Origin: Pelomyxa schiedti
Taxonomy: Eukaryota; Protista; Evosea
Direction: 5' to 3'
DNA: 64,000 nt
Assembly: GCA_020536535.1 (NCBI GenBank)
Contig: JAHLWZ010000721.1
Location: 111,846-175,845, forward strand
The stretch's first letter is position 1; every line of letters begins with the position of its first letter. A program made the translations under genes and the position numbers. Below are positions 1 to 11,763 of the stretch, piece after piece. A model generated the notes under the pieces. It worked only from the letters and a program-made list of their open reading frames with translations, did not search any database and had not been told where the DNA came from.

Positions 1-937
1 AGACTGTCTTTGTGAATCTAGTCTGTTGGAGAATAATCCCTGTGGTTCTCCTTTCAGAAAACTGTATGGAGTACACACTGCCACGTGGTGGTGGACACAA
101 CACAGCTTTCCCAAGGAAAGACCTGGAGCCATCTCTCTTCACAAGAACTGGAGAACAGAATATTGTGCCTTTGGCAACCTCACAGCTCGTTTCACTCAAC
201 ACACACAATTCCTTGGAACTGAATGACTTCTCAACATCTATCACCAAAAATGCAGTAGATCCTGGTGGGTTGCGCCAAGCTACCACAGCAACGAGCTCGT
301 TTGGTGCCCACTTGTTGAAGGAAAGCATACTTACGTCGTGAGTCACAGCAGAGTAGCCAAGCCTGACAACCACAGAGGTGACAGCAGGCCGCTTGTCCGC
401 CAACCTTCCAATCGAGAGCCCCAACATGTTTCCTTCCCGAAAATCACTTTCATATCCACAAGCCACGAACCACACGTGATTCACTGCGTGCGTAGGAACG
501 CCCCTCCATGGGATCTGTTGTGGCATGACCCTCGGAAAGAGTGACACTGCGTAACCAGTGACCACGTCGTGCAACATATAAGGTGGCTCCAGGCGCCGCC
601 TGCTGTCGACCCACTGGGCGTTGAAGGCACAGTTCCTTCTCACATCCTCGAATGTGAGCACGGGATCGCCTCTGATTCCCAGCACAAGTGGTGACACCTC
701 AAACTTGATCAGCCACGGAATATGGCTGCACAAGGAATCAGACCCAACGGCAAACTTTTTGAGGGTCTCCTGGACCATCTCCCACACCAGCCTGGCTGCA
801 TCTATTACCTCTGGTGCTGCTATTTGCTTATGGGAGGATGACGACGACCACCAACCGCACCTTGGGTGCGACACCAGGCACAGCGCAACAAACTGGTCTA
901 TGGCGCGGAGGGTCCCATAAGCTTGTCCGTTGTTCAT
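1..937 (-). CDS. Lineage-specific hypothetical protein, tandem paralogue of 1310-2593; runs off the left window edge
   Basis: Open minus-strand frame from ATG 937 (MNNGQAYGTLRAIDQFVALCLVSHPRCGWW...EVSPLVLG...AVNHVWFVACG). It aligns colinearly with the 435-aa ORF. It is absent from the ORF track because no stop lies inside the window. Confidence 0.8.
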   Translation of the reverse strand, partial: MNNGQAYGTLRAIDQFVALCLVSHPRCGWWSSSSSHKQIAAPEVIDAARLVWEMVQETLKKFAVGSDSLCSHIPWLIKFEVSPLVLGIRGDPVLTFEDVRRNCAFNAQWVDSRRRLEPPYMLHDVVTGYAVSLFPRVMPQQIPWRGVPTHAVNHVWFVACGYESDFREGNMLGLSIGRLADKRPAVTSVVVRLGYSAVTHDVSMLSFNKWAPNELVAVVAWRNPPGSTAFLVIDVEKSFSSKELCVLSETSCEVAKGTIFCSPVLVKRDGSRSFLGKAVLCPPPRGSVYSIQFSERRTTGIILQQTRFTKTV

Positions 938-1309
938 TACTTAAAGCAAAAATGCCTCGATGGCTGGCACCAAGTTGGGGCAGTTTTAGTTTAGGGGTGT
1001 CGTTTACCATGCAGCATGTGTTGGTGAATGATGGGTTCTGTTGTTGACAAACAGCATGGAATCTGGAGTGCAGTGCATTTGGAGAGTGGTTGCAGCTTGG
1101 TGCATTTGGAGCGGGCGCTGCTGCAGTTATGTTTAGTGGTAGGCACGATGTTGTTGGTGGGCAATTACTGTTGTGGTGTAAATTCCTTTGTTACTTCTGA
1201 TGGTTGGAGTATTTGATCTTTTTACCTCGCCAGTGAACACAGAGGTGGCATGCCGTATGTTCGCAGCTTGAAAGAAACAGACGGAAAAAGCTTTCTCCTC
1301 AGGAGTGAA

Positions 1310-2593
1310 TCAATGAAAACAGAAGGGACGACCGAGATCATAGGGACGATCCAAAGGGAGAGTGGCCTGAAGCACAGTGAACCCTGTGAATGGTTCCGTC
1401 ACTCTCAATTCATTATCATCAAGTGAAAACAACATGCCAGCCTCTGCCTCCACACGACGTTGCACATTTTGGTCTGTGTTAGGAATCCTCAACAGCGGCT
1501 TGGTCAAGTCATTGCAGTCCCAAATGTCCAACAGCCTAGCATAAACAACAACGAACAGATTTGAACTCAATTGCGACACGGTGCTGGCTCTTCCAGTTTG
1601 TTGGAGCAAAACCTTTGTGGGAGTCTTTTCAGAAAACAGGATACAGAAAGCACCACCAGGTGGACGAAACAGCGCCTTCCCAATGAAACATCGGGAGCCA
1701 TCTCTCTTCAAAAGAACTCCAGGATAACACAGGAGTGTCCCTTCAAGAAACTCAGAGCTTGTTTCACTCAACACACACAATGACTGGGAATTGAAGGACC
1801 TCTCAACATCAATCACCAGAAATGCAATGCATCCAGGAGACTTGCGGACATGCACCAAAGCAACAACCTCGTTTGGTGCCGACTTGTTGAAGAAAAGCAT
1901 ATTTACGTCGTGAGTCACAGCAGAGTAAGAAAGCCTTACAACAACAGAAGTGACAGCAGGCTCCTCGTCCGCCAACCTTCCAATCGAGAGCCCCAACATG
2001 TTTCTTTCATCGAAGTCACTTGGAAATCCACAAGCCACGAACCACACGTGATTCACAGCGTACCCCGTACTGCTTCTAAATGGCTCCTGTGGTGGCATAG
2101 CCCTCGGATACAGAGACTCCACAGCGCCAGTGACCAAGTCATGCAACATAAAAGGTGGCTCCAGGCGCCGCCTGCTGTCGACCCACTCCATGTCTAGTTG
2201 GCTCCTTCCTCTCACATCCTCAAACGTGATCGCTGGATCATCGCGGCCAACGAGTCCCAGCACAAGCGGCGACACCTCAAACCTGATCAGCCACGAAACG
2301 TCGCAGGCAAAGCGAGCGGACCCGACGGCAAATCTTTCGCGGGTATCCTGGGCCATCTCCCACACCAGCCGCACTGCGCTCGCTGCCTCTGAAGCGGAAT
2401 TATGGGCAGCGGTTGTGGCCGTGTCGTACTCGAGGGAGCGACGGGGCCACCAACCGCACCTTGGGTGTGAAACAAGACACAGTGCAACAAATTGGTCGAC
2501 TGCACGAAGTGTCCCATAAACTGTTGGTGTTGGCACCCCCTGAATAACCGACTGTACTTGTGGTAGCGTCGTTGCGTAAAACCATTTGTCCAT
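1310..2593 (-). CDS. Intronless lineage-specific hypothetical protein (expanded family, possibly beta-propeller-like)
   Basis: 435-aa ORF whose first ATG (MDKWFY) is at 2593. It has a close paralogue immediately downstream. No known domain recognised. Confidence 0.75.
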   Translation of the reverse strand: MDKWFYATTLPQVQSVIQGVPTPTVYGTLRAVDQFVALCLVSHPRCGWWPRRSLEYDTATTAAHNSASEAASAVRLVWEMAQDTRERFAVGSARFACDVSWLIRFEVSPLVLGLVGRDDPAITFEDVRGRSQLDMEWVDSRRRLEPPFMLHDLVTGAVESLYPRAMPPQEPFRSSTGYAVNHVWFVACGFPSDFDERNMLGLSIGRLADEEPAVTSVVVRLSYSAVTHDVNMLFFNKSAPNEVVALVHVRKSPGCIAFLVIDVERSFNSQSLCVLSETSSEFLEGTLLCYPGVLLKRDGSRCFIGKALFRPPGGAFCILFSEKTPTKVLLQQTGRASTVSQLSSNLFVVVYARLLDIWDCNDLTKPLLRIPNTDQNVQRRVEAEAGMLFSLDDNELRVTEPFTGFTVLQATLPLDRPYDLGRPFCFH

Positions 2594-2625
2594 TATTATT
2601 AATAATGGGACGGCCAATCAGAAGT

Positions 2626-3215
2626 TGGGACTCACACTAAAAAATTCGTTTTGATGAATCAGAGTGTTGTTCTCAGTCGGGGGTGGATGGAAAAATCTGC
2701 TCTTTTGGATTTAGCTGGCCCAAAGGGTGGACCAGAAAATGTGCTTGGTCCTGCAGCAGTCTCTGTGCCCTGAAGGGAGAAAGGAATTTTTTTTGCCCAA
2801 AAGTGCCCTGGTCCAGAAAAAAAAAAATCCGGTCCGGAAAAATAATTCTTTTTTTCTGTGAAATAAACACACATGCAGCAGGCACAGAGGACATTAAATG
2901 TGCATGGCAATGCTGTTGTAGTCACCCATAACAAGTTGTACTGAGATGGCACAGTGTCTCTCTGGAGGTGACTTGTCCTCAGTGTGACGTTGACTCAATA
3001 CCTTGGTTTTAAGTCATTACTGTTGCTGGTTGTGACAATAATATTGAGTTGTCCATGTTACAACAAGCTCTGACAACCACATGCCTCACACCCTGTGACA
3101 AAACCACAGGCCACAGAAATTCACAGAAAAAAAGTATTTTTTTTACGGACCGGCTTTTTTTCCCCTGGACCAGATTTTCGTTTTTTGGACCAAAAACCCC
3201 CTAGTGTGAGTCCCA
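2626..3215. mobile_element. Non-autonomous TIR element (MITE-like), 590 bp
   Basis: Perfect 14-bp TIR TGGGACTCACACTA (2626-2639) / TAGTGTGAGTCCCA (3202-3215). Direct repeat GAAGT flanks both sides (2621-2625, 3216-3220). There is an internal ~55-bp imperfect inverted repeat (2808-2864 vs 3118-3173) and no convincing coding capacity. Confidence 0.75.
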
Positions 3216-4979
3216 GAAGTGTAGTTAACTACAAATTCTGTGAAATGCATTTTCTAAGTCGAGTAAAACCAATCACGACTTGTTTATTGACCAATGAATG
3301 CTCTCCCAAGAATAAGTAGTAGTAAGTTTCGATTTACTAATGGTGGTCTTCCTATTCCCACTTTTTCAACGGGATTACTCACAGAACACACCAAACCAAC
3401 TTGGTGTTGTAGTCAACTACATTGGCCGTCCCAATTCATAATTAATATGAATAATTAATAATTATGATGAGATGGAACTTCTGGGGGTGTATTTTACTAC
3501 TTTTCTCCCACACATGACATCCAGTGCTCCGATTAACGTCACATGTTCTTTCGCGCCCAGTCTTCGTAGTCCTATCGATGTTCGCGACCCAATGGACATC
3601 CAAGTGCAGGTGCACACGAGTATGAATATCACCAACTGGACAGCAGAACACTTGTGGGCTCCCACCACAGGTGTGTTGGTGTTTGTTCTATTATTTTTTT
3701 TGTAACCTCTTCATAAGCCTCTCTCGACTCAGATGTTATTTCTAATCTGCACATGGAACCTTTGAGTGATGTGACCTTTGAATCCATTCCTGGTTGCCTT
3801 GTAATCACAGTTTATAATGCATCCCACAGTACTATGAATAGAACTCGCATCCAGATTCCACTATGTATTTTCAATGTCCCCAGAATTTCTAACTACCCCA
3901 CGTAAAAGATATTTTCTTGAAGAGACTTTATGAGCCGTACAAAACCAGAAACATCATTATTAATTTACTTGTGTTTGGGATGTCAGGAGCAGGGAAGTCT
4001 GAATTCATCAACAGCTGTACAACTGCAATTTCCCAAGTCAAAGTACCTTCAGTATGTTATTTATAGTGAAGTGCAAATATTTCAACTAAATAGCCAAGAT
4101 TGCACTAGCCTCAGGAAGCACATCAATGGTAACAAATACGTTTCGTGGCTATCGCCTGATACCTTTTGAGAGTGAATTTACCCTCTTAGATGATATGAAG
4201 TCTTGTGTTGAAAGGTGAAATGGCGCACGGAACATCTCTGACAGCCAGGGTTTACATTCCCCAAAATTCATTGATAATTATCCACCTCGGACAGAGCGGC
4301 TACAGCAAAAGAAAAGCGCCAATCCACTGTGTTATTTTCTTCCTCCCAGCATCTGAGCTAGACACCTCTCCCCCCAGTACTCTCTGTAAGAGAATCCAGC
4401 CATTTATGGAAATCACAAAAAGGCTTGGTAACTGAGGTCTCGTTCTTTTCGTTCTCATGTTATTTTTTCAGGAATTCCAGCCATTTTGGCTCTTAGTTTG
4501 GCAGATCGGCTTGTTTCAGATTGGGCCAACTTTCCTAGATACTATGTGCAGACAGCAGCAAGTATGTTCAGCCTGCCTGAAACCTGTGTTTTTCCACTGG
4601 TTTCCTACTATGGGGCATCAATAAAGAACAGTGTGACTGACAAGATTATTCTACGAGTATTGTTTGGATCTGAGTTACTGGACTGTTTCTTTCAATTATT
4701 GGGAAACTTGGTACCTGTTCCTTTTCTTTTTTTTTTTCTTTTTGGAAGGATTACCTGTTCATGGGATTCCTGTATCATTGTACTTCTTCCAATATTCCTG
4801 AAGAAACCATCTTCCAACGTATTTTGATGAGGGACTAGTAGAACCGGCACTGTTGTTGCTGAACACATTCCTATGGCTAATTGCACCTATTGCAGAGGAA
4901 TAAGAAGCTCTCTGGAGAAGACGGTGATATAATAAGCATGGAGATGAACCCTTTTGGCAAGTATGGGCAAACAAGAAAC

Positions 4980-5850
4980 TTCTTTTTTGGCACCCTAAGT
5001 ACTGTGTAGTAATGAGCCTATAAAGAGTTCAGCACCCCAACATCCCAAGGTTTTACACAAGTGTTGAAACAGCAAGCGAAATTTACATCCCCATGCAGCT
5101 GTAGGCCAAACTCCCCCATCTCTGTGGTTTAATGGACAATGATTCTGTGCTTAGGATTGATGGCGTTACCTTGCGTTCCTGGCGCGAAAAGCAACATGGA
5201 GTTCAGGAAGAGACCGCAAACACCAAAATCTAGGAGAAAGATGTTTCCCGTCGTGGCTTCAAGGGGCTTGCCCACCAGGACATCAAGGTTGGTGTTACCT
5301 TTGATGTACTAAATAAATACTGCTGTTTGCTAAGTTGCATGGCAATCCAGCCCGACAATATCTTGGTGGAAGCCACGACGGGAAACATCTTTCTCCTAGG
5401 TTTTGGTGTTTGCGGTCATTCTGATTACTTGCGAACCTTCGTTGGTACCCGTGGGTACCAAGGTGTGCAACTCTCTAATGTTACACCATTGACTTGAAGA
5501 ACAGCGGTCCAGTGCAGGCCACTACAGCAATAAAGTGGATATTTGGTCCTTTGGAGCAGTTATCCATTACATGTTTATTGTAAACCATCCTTTTTACCTG
5601 GTGACCAATTAATATAGATTCACGGGGAAATCACCATTTAAGACTTACCATGAGGTGAAGGAAGGACTGAATATTGACGGGCTATCTGCTTCTGATTCTG
5701 GTGTGTGGGTTGCCACTTTTCGCATTCCCTTTCTCACGCAAGTATGAAGCCCGAGTGCTATTAAGAAAGATGCTGTCGTACCATGCAAGAAACAGGCCAT
5801 CAGTAGAAAATCTGTGTGAAAATCCTTGGTTCTTGTTGGCTGCATACACA
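4980..5850 (+). pseudogene. Degenerate Ser/Thr protein kinase domain, probably the 3' part of a decayed multi-exon gene starting near 3465
   Basis: Spliced motifs RVQHPNIPRFY..IYIPMQL, LAHQDIK|PDNILV, FLLGFG (DFG->GFG), TFVGTRGY and YSNKVDIWSFG. In-frame TAG at ~5231. Confidence 0.6.
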
Positions 5851-6073
5851 CCTATTCCTACAGCTACACCCGTGGCTACACCTGCAGCTACTACTGCACC
5901 CAGTCACCAATCCCAAGACAGCGACAGGGTCCATCTTTTTTTTTGGATTTCCTCTGTGGACCTCAATGGACCTCCCGCAGGCTGCAACATCACTGCCCGC
6001 AGTTCGTGGCCTGTCCCGGTTACTCTTATTTGTACACAGTATTAACACGGGGTATTTTTTGTGTTTGCTTTTT

Positions 6074-9000
6074 TCAAAGTGATGGTGAAGGGATGGGTGC
6101 TGGACTTCCAAGCTGTTCTTGACTACTTCCCAAGTACTGGCTGGAATTCTCACTGAACGGCGGTGATGGTGCATTAGGAATGGTGTTTGTGCACATCTGA
6201 GGCGGCTTGATTTGTGCCGGAGGCGGGGCCGCATCGCCCTTCTCCTCATCATCATCCCTACTAGCCCGGGCTTCCTCATCCCGGCTTGACCTCCTGATGG
6301 TTCCGTCGAAGGTGGTGTGCCTGCTGGAAACGTGGTCCTCGCGGACATGTGGAGCCGGTGCTTCGCGCTCCTTCACGCTTACTTCGCGGTTCACCAGATT
6401 GAACATCGGGCGTATGGCCTGGTCGATGTGGTCCGGGAATCCTCGGTGGTGCCCAAAGAGCATGCATACGGTAAGAATTAGTTTGGATGATGTGTGCCAG
6501 GTTCCGCTGAAGCTGAACGGCTTATTGGGGTATCTTGGTGTAGAAATTAAAAATGAGGGCTTGCCAAATTTAGGAGAAAAATATACCCAAGAGATAATCC
6601 GACATTGGCATAGCCGGAAATAACTTCAAAGAGTACCTAATGAACAAATTTGGTCAACTATATGGTACACATATAAATACCTTGAAGTGAGTGAAATTCG
6701 GGTCAGACGTGATTTTATTACCCTCGATGGTACAAATAACGAAGAAAGGAAGCACAACCCAGAGGATATCCGAGATCATTTGTTTCTTGGTGTGATACAG
6801 AGCACCTGCAGATTAATCTTGATAAGTACCTTTCCTTCCAACAACAAGTGGATGCATACGTGAATCGGATCCACCAGGTGTTTGCATGAACGAAGGAGTA
6901 GTGGATGTAGACCTCATCACAATTGTCATGGGGTAGGTTGACATGTACAACATAATAGCAGTCAAGACAAGCATCCCTATTTATTTTAAATGCTTATCCC
7001 AACTGGTAGCAAACAAACCCGGTTGTAGGAGATTCATATCAAAAACATTAAATCCAGTAGTTCTAGAGCATATTGCCTGAAATAGGGTCATCGTAACTTT
7101 TTGGAACCAGTTGCATCCAATTCCAACACTATCAAAGTACATTATCAATGAGGAGATGGAAGTGCAATGTACATGTTCCAGTTTAGACCCATTAAGAAAG
7201 ACCATTCAATGCCCGTAGCAGCCAACAGAATGAATAAAAGGTTTCTGTTTTCATTTTTTGGGAATATTACAGTAGTTACACTCCGGGAGTTGTGCTTGAT
7301 ATAATACAGAGTCCCATAATCTTGGTTAAATTTCTTCTTCAGCTGGTAGATGCCAACAACAATTAAACGTAACAATACAGGAAGCCTATAAACAGGTAAT
7401 CTTTCCAAAAGAAAGGAAAAAGAAGATGTACCAAGTTTGACCCAATAATTGAAACAGTCCGGTAATTATGAGTGCAAGTGGGCTTGTATAAAATGCCATC
7501 ATGCCCTCTGCCAGTAATGAGAGGCCAACATTATTTACAGCACTTATGGACTGAAATACGGCAAACCAGAAAAGAGGGATGTTACGGGACTTGAGGAGAG
7601 TCTGGGTTGGATTAGATTCTCTGTTGACTGTGTAATAGCAGTCTCCATTTTTTTGCTCACCCTATAATCTGTCACGTAGACATAGATGGTAAAGCATATG
7701 ACGGCTAGGATAATGCACGAAGCTACATATAACGGAATGAGAACCACCAAGAAGTCCACTGCATTATCTTCCACAGCTTCAGTGTTCCTCACAAACTTAT
7801 TGTTCAGAGTTTCAAACTCGGCTGAGGTTGTGGTGGTGGAAGTTGCAGGTTGTTTGGTGGAGTCAGACTTGTCTTCTTCCTTAATTGCGTCTGGTGACTT
7901 TCCACCATTCGAACTTGTTTCACTGTCAGTGGTTTTGGCAGTTGTACCAGCTTTATCTCCTTCTCGGTCCTTTGATTGGAGTTCTGCTTTTTCTTTTTTT
8001 GGGTCTTTCGGTTCCTGTGGGCGTTTCCACACAAATTTCCGCAGTAGAAGCGGAATTGTAGAGTCAAAGCCAAGGCCCCCAAATAACATTAGAAAACACG
8101 CCACTGCTTGCGTTGCATGTGTTGATGCAGGGAAATCGAGAGTCGTTAGTCCAGTGACTGTAGCAGCTGACATGCACAAGAACAGGGAGTCGACATAAAA
8201 TGCCCACGTTGATCCTGCATCAGTACCAGTGGGAATGGTTCCAGTATGTTTCTCAACAAAGAAAATAATCAAGGAACAAAACAGTGCTTCTAGTATTACA
8301 TAAGCCACGTGAGCATACATGTAGTTGAAGTTTGCTCGGGAAAAGGCTTTGAAGAAAGCCGTTCTTAGTATACTCTTGAGGCGAGTAATGCAAAGGCACC
8401 GACAGCAACAATTCCTATGCGCAGGAACAGTGTGAACAGTAGTAGACGTGACACAAGTTGCAGTGTTTGAAGTCCGGCCGCTTTCATGATAGGAAGTTCT
8501 CCTATTAGCAGCGAATTCCAAGTCATCCAATTCCAGGGTGGAATCCAGGCTCTGCTCCCTGGCATTCCTTGTGGCCCTTTCCACAAAGCAAAATCTATCA
8601 GGGTCATTTATAGCGGCATTAACGGCCCCAAATGAGCCAATTCCGCCCGTGCTGGACTCAAAATGCAACTGATCACCATCGGGATCCCCCAAGCTCTCGC
8701 GGCTGTGATAGTGACGGGAGGTGACGTCATAGAATCTGGCGCCGTTGTCGTCAAATCCAGGAGACTGGGAGTAATCTGACTTCCTCAATCCCAAACGGCC
8801 ACCACCGTCGCCGACTGGAGCAGCGGCGGCACCAACGGCGAAATCACGGTGGAGTCCCACAATCCCCGCGTCGGGCTCGGCGCCGGCGACGGGGTGGCCG
8901 GAGCCATTCCAAGAAGACGGCGACGACCGCGAAAAGGACGAGGAAGGCGAGGGGTCGTAGGGACTGGGGCCCGAGGGCGAGGTTGATTTCGACGGCGAGG

Positions 9001-9219
9001 TGTCGTGGTTGCGGTGGTGTTGGCGGCGGTGCCTGGGGTGGTGGTGGCGGTGGTGCCGGTGGTGGCGATTATGGGTGTGGCTGTGGTGCGCCGGGGTGCT
9101 GGTGTCTCCGTCCGGGTCGGCGTCTGCGTCAGAGTCAGACTGCACCTCTGAGGACTCCTGCAAAATTTAAGGAAGCAGTAAAAGCGCAAGCGCATCAGGC
9201 ATACACTTCCGGCTCTCAT
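6074..9219 (-). CDS. TRK: Trk/HKT-family potassium transporter, multi-exon, with His-rich N-terminus
   Basis: Pore loops SAATVTGL, SAVNNVGL, CSRTTGF and SGYANVGL. C-terminal SFSGTWHTSSKLIL..MLFGHHRGFP resembles the fungal Trk GRHRGLP motif. First exon is MRAGS (ATG 9219), followed by a GT-AG intron. Confidence 0.9.
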
Positions 9220-10000
9220 TTCACAGGCAGTTCTCTGAAAAAAAGCGAAGAGAAGGGGAAACACAAACGCAGAAAAGGAGTAAAAAAAATAAAATAACAA
9301 AAAGGAAATGACCCAAGCGGTGGTGGGACCACATGGTTGGTAACCGAGGTCCAGTCGGATTGGATAGTCCGTAGATCCCGGTCGAAGCATAAGCCCCCCC
9401 CTGCCTTTTGGTGGTCCCTCGGTGGGGGTGTCGCATTGTCTGCCCTCGCCGTTGAAATTGCCCCCAGCACGCAGAATCACAGAGTACCCGTACCCCCTCG
9501 AGCGGGAGGAGGGGCAGAGAAACTCCTGACGGAGTCTCCTGCGCCCTCCCCCACCCGGGGAGGCCTGATAGGGTCCTGCTGTTTTAGCATGTGGGAACCG
9601 GCGGGGACATGCCCCCTACACTTTACCCCAGAGACCAGACAGAGAGGGGCTCATTTCTTGCGAGTAGTTGAGGCGATGTTTTATCGAAGTAACCATGCCA
9701 GTATTTGAGCACCTTTTTTCTCAAGTCAGTTTCCGAAAAACAAGCCCAACACTGAGCCTAAAGTGCGTAGGAAAAACTGCCTCCTGATCCCTTATGGGAT
9801 AGCCTCTGCTCATTTCGAAATCTCAAAAATCACAGCACTGGTAACTCCTGTCCCTCTTGCACAATGCATCTATTCCTCTCCACGTTCCTCCTTTGCTCTC
9901 AGAACTCCCACACAGCAGGAGTTCTTCTTCCCGGAATTCGTGTTGCTTCAGAACCAAAAAAAAAAAAAAGAAAAAAGAGAAAAAAAAAATCACCAACTGA

Positions 10001-11522
10001 ATGTTCACGTCGCCGTGGAAGAAGGGGCTCGCGGTCGCCGCGGCCGCCGTCGCGGCGACAGCCACGGTGGCGCTGGCCGCCACGAAGCTGTACGAGGTGT
10101 CGGTGGGCGCGGGGGGCGTCCGCGTGCCCGACGACGCGGTGGTCATGACCCGCGAGCAGCGCGAGGACGAGCTGGGCCGCATCCGCGCGCAGGCCGAGGA
10201 CCTCGACGCCCTGCGCTCCAAGGTCGGCGAGCTGGAGCGCCTCCGCGCCCTGGTGCAGGAGATCGACGGGCTGCGGGCGCAGGTGCTGGACACCGACCGC
10301 CTGAGGGCGAGGGTCGCGGAGCTCGAGGCGGAGGGACGCAGGGCCGAGGAGGACGCCCAGGCCGCGGAGACCGAGATGGGCGACCTCAAGGGCAAAATGG
10401 ACGACATGGCCAAGCAAAACGACGAACTCAAGAAGAAGGTTCACTCTTTGTTTTAAATTCGTTGACTAGTTGATAAATTGAGAAATTGGTTCTGATATCG
10501 GTCAAACTAATAAGAAAAGTAACCAGTAACAGTGCATAATGTAATTAACAATTGAACCAAAAAGGGTGAAGCGGCTGAAACGGCTCAGTTAGAACAGACC
10601 CAACTGGTGCACCTCCACTCTAAAAGAAATACTCAGTAACGGAAACAATAGGTTGCAAAGTTACAAGCTGAAAACACTGCCCTCCATAATGAAATCTCGG
10701 CATTCCCGCACCAGTTGACTGATTGTATATGGAAGCACCCTATTCTCTGGAGTCTTACTTTTGGGGATACTCTCAAGAAAATGGCACTCCCACTGGAATG
10801 CACTAATGTTGTCAGTAACAATAGCTGGACTGGTATTGTGACATCACATTCCAACTTCAAACAAACCAAACAAAAAAGTTGAGATGAAGGTTAAGATCAA
10901 TGCCTTCGACGAACGCCAAGACACCTGCCTCCTTGCCAGCCAAGTTGCCGCTCCCGAAAGAAATGGATTTCTCCACCTTGTGCTCCGAACCAAGAAGCCA
11001 TATTTGGGTTTCTGGGATAATGACACATGGGCAAAGGATAGGCCACTCAATGTTGGCCATTGGTTTGTACCACCAAAACTCAACCCCAATCCACAAATAA
11101 AAATGAAATACAATAAAATGCAACAAACAAACAAACAAAAAACAACCCGGCAACATTTACCAACCTTCCAAAACAAAAGGTACCACCTGGTGTTTGCCTA
11201 CGATAAGGTGAAGCAAGGCCAGTACATATACGTGAACGGCAGTGCTTCCTCCACCACCGGCGTGATATTCTCCACCGGTCAGGGTCAGTGCGTGCCCTCC
11301 ACTGTCCACCCTCCACTTGTCATACAGCAGCAGCAGCTTCAGCCCCTGGTGGTCGGAAGCTGTGATGTCCCTATCACAGAAGCTGTGCACTACACACCGC
11401 AGCTCAATGGCGAGATTGAGTATCTGTGCATCTATCCATATGTAGTACCCTCTGCAATTATAAAGGCACACGCCCAGGCCTCTATCCCAACCCTTGCTGC
11501 TGCCAAAACAGCCAAGTCCTAA
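10001..11522 (+). CDS. Protein with N-terminal hydrophobic anchor, coiled coil and C-terminal LamG/concanavalin-like domain (spliced)
   Basis: Heptad-rich 151-aa first exon. After splicing the C-terminus reads VGHW|YHLVFAYD..YIYVNG..LVVGS..LNGEIEYLCIY, typical of Laminin_G_3. Confidence 0.65.
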
Positions 11523-11763
11523 CCCTCCCACTCTTAATACTCAAAAACCAAAAAAAAAAAAAAAGAGTGTTTTGTCTAAACTTCGGATTTTCGACACCCT
11601 CGAGTTGCAAAAATGCTGGCTGAGAACAGGCAGTGCAAAAAGACTGCACAATGCCTGCACCTTTGTTCAGGTAAAACGGAACAAAAACTGGAACGTGAAT
11701 GTGATTTAACAAAATCAAACAAAACCCAATCAACTGCGCAACCAACGAGAAAAAAAAGGGAAG

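Noticed and set aside
9763-10473. Multiple long overlapping ORFs on both strands
   Set aside because: Shadow frames of a GC-rich coiled-coil exon. The same applies to 28.4-29.6 kb and 35.9-36.5 kb.
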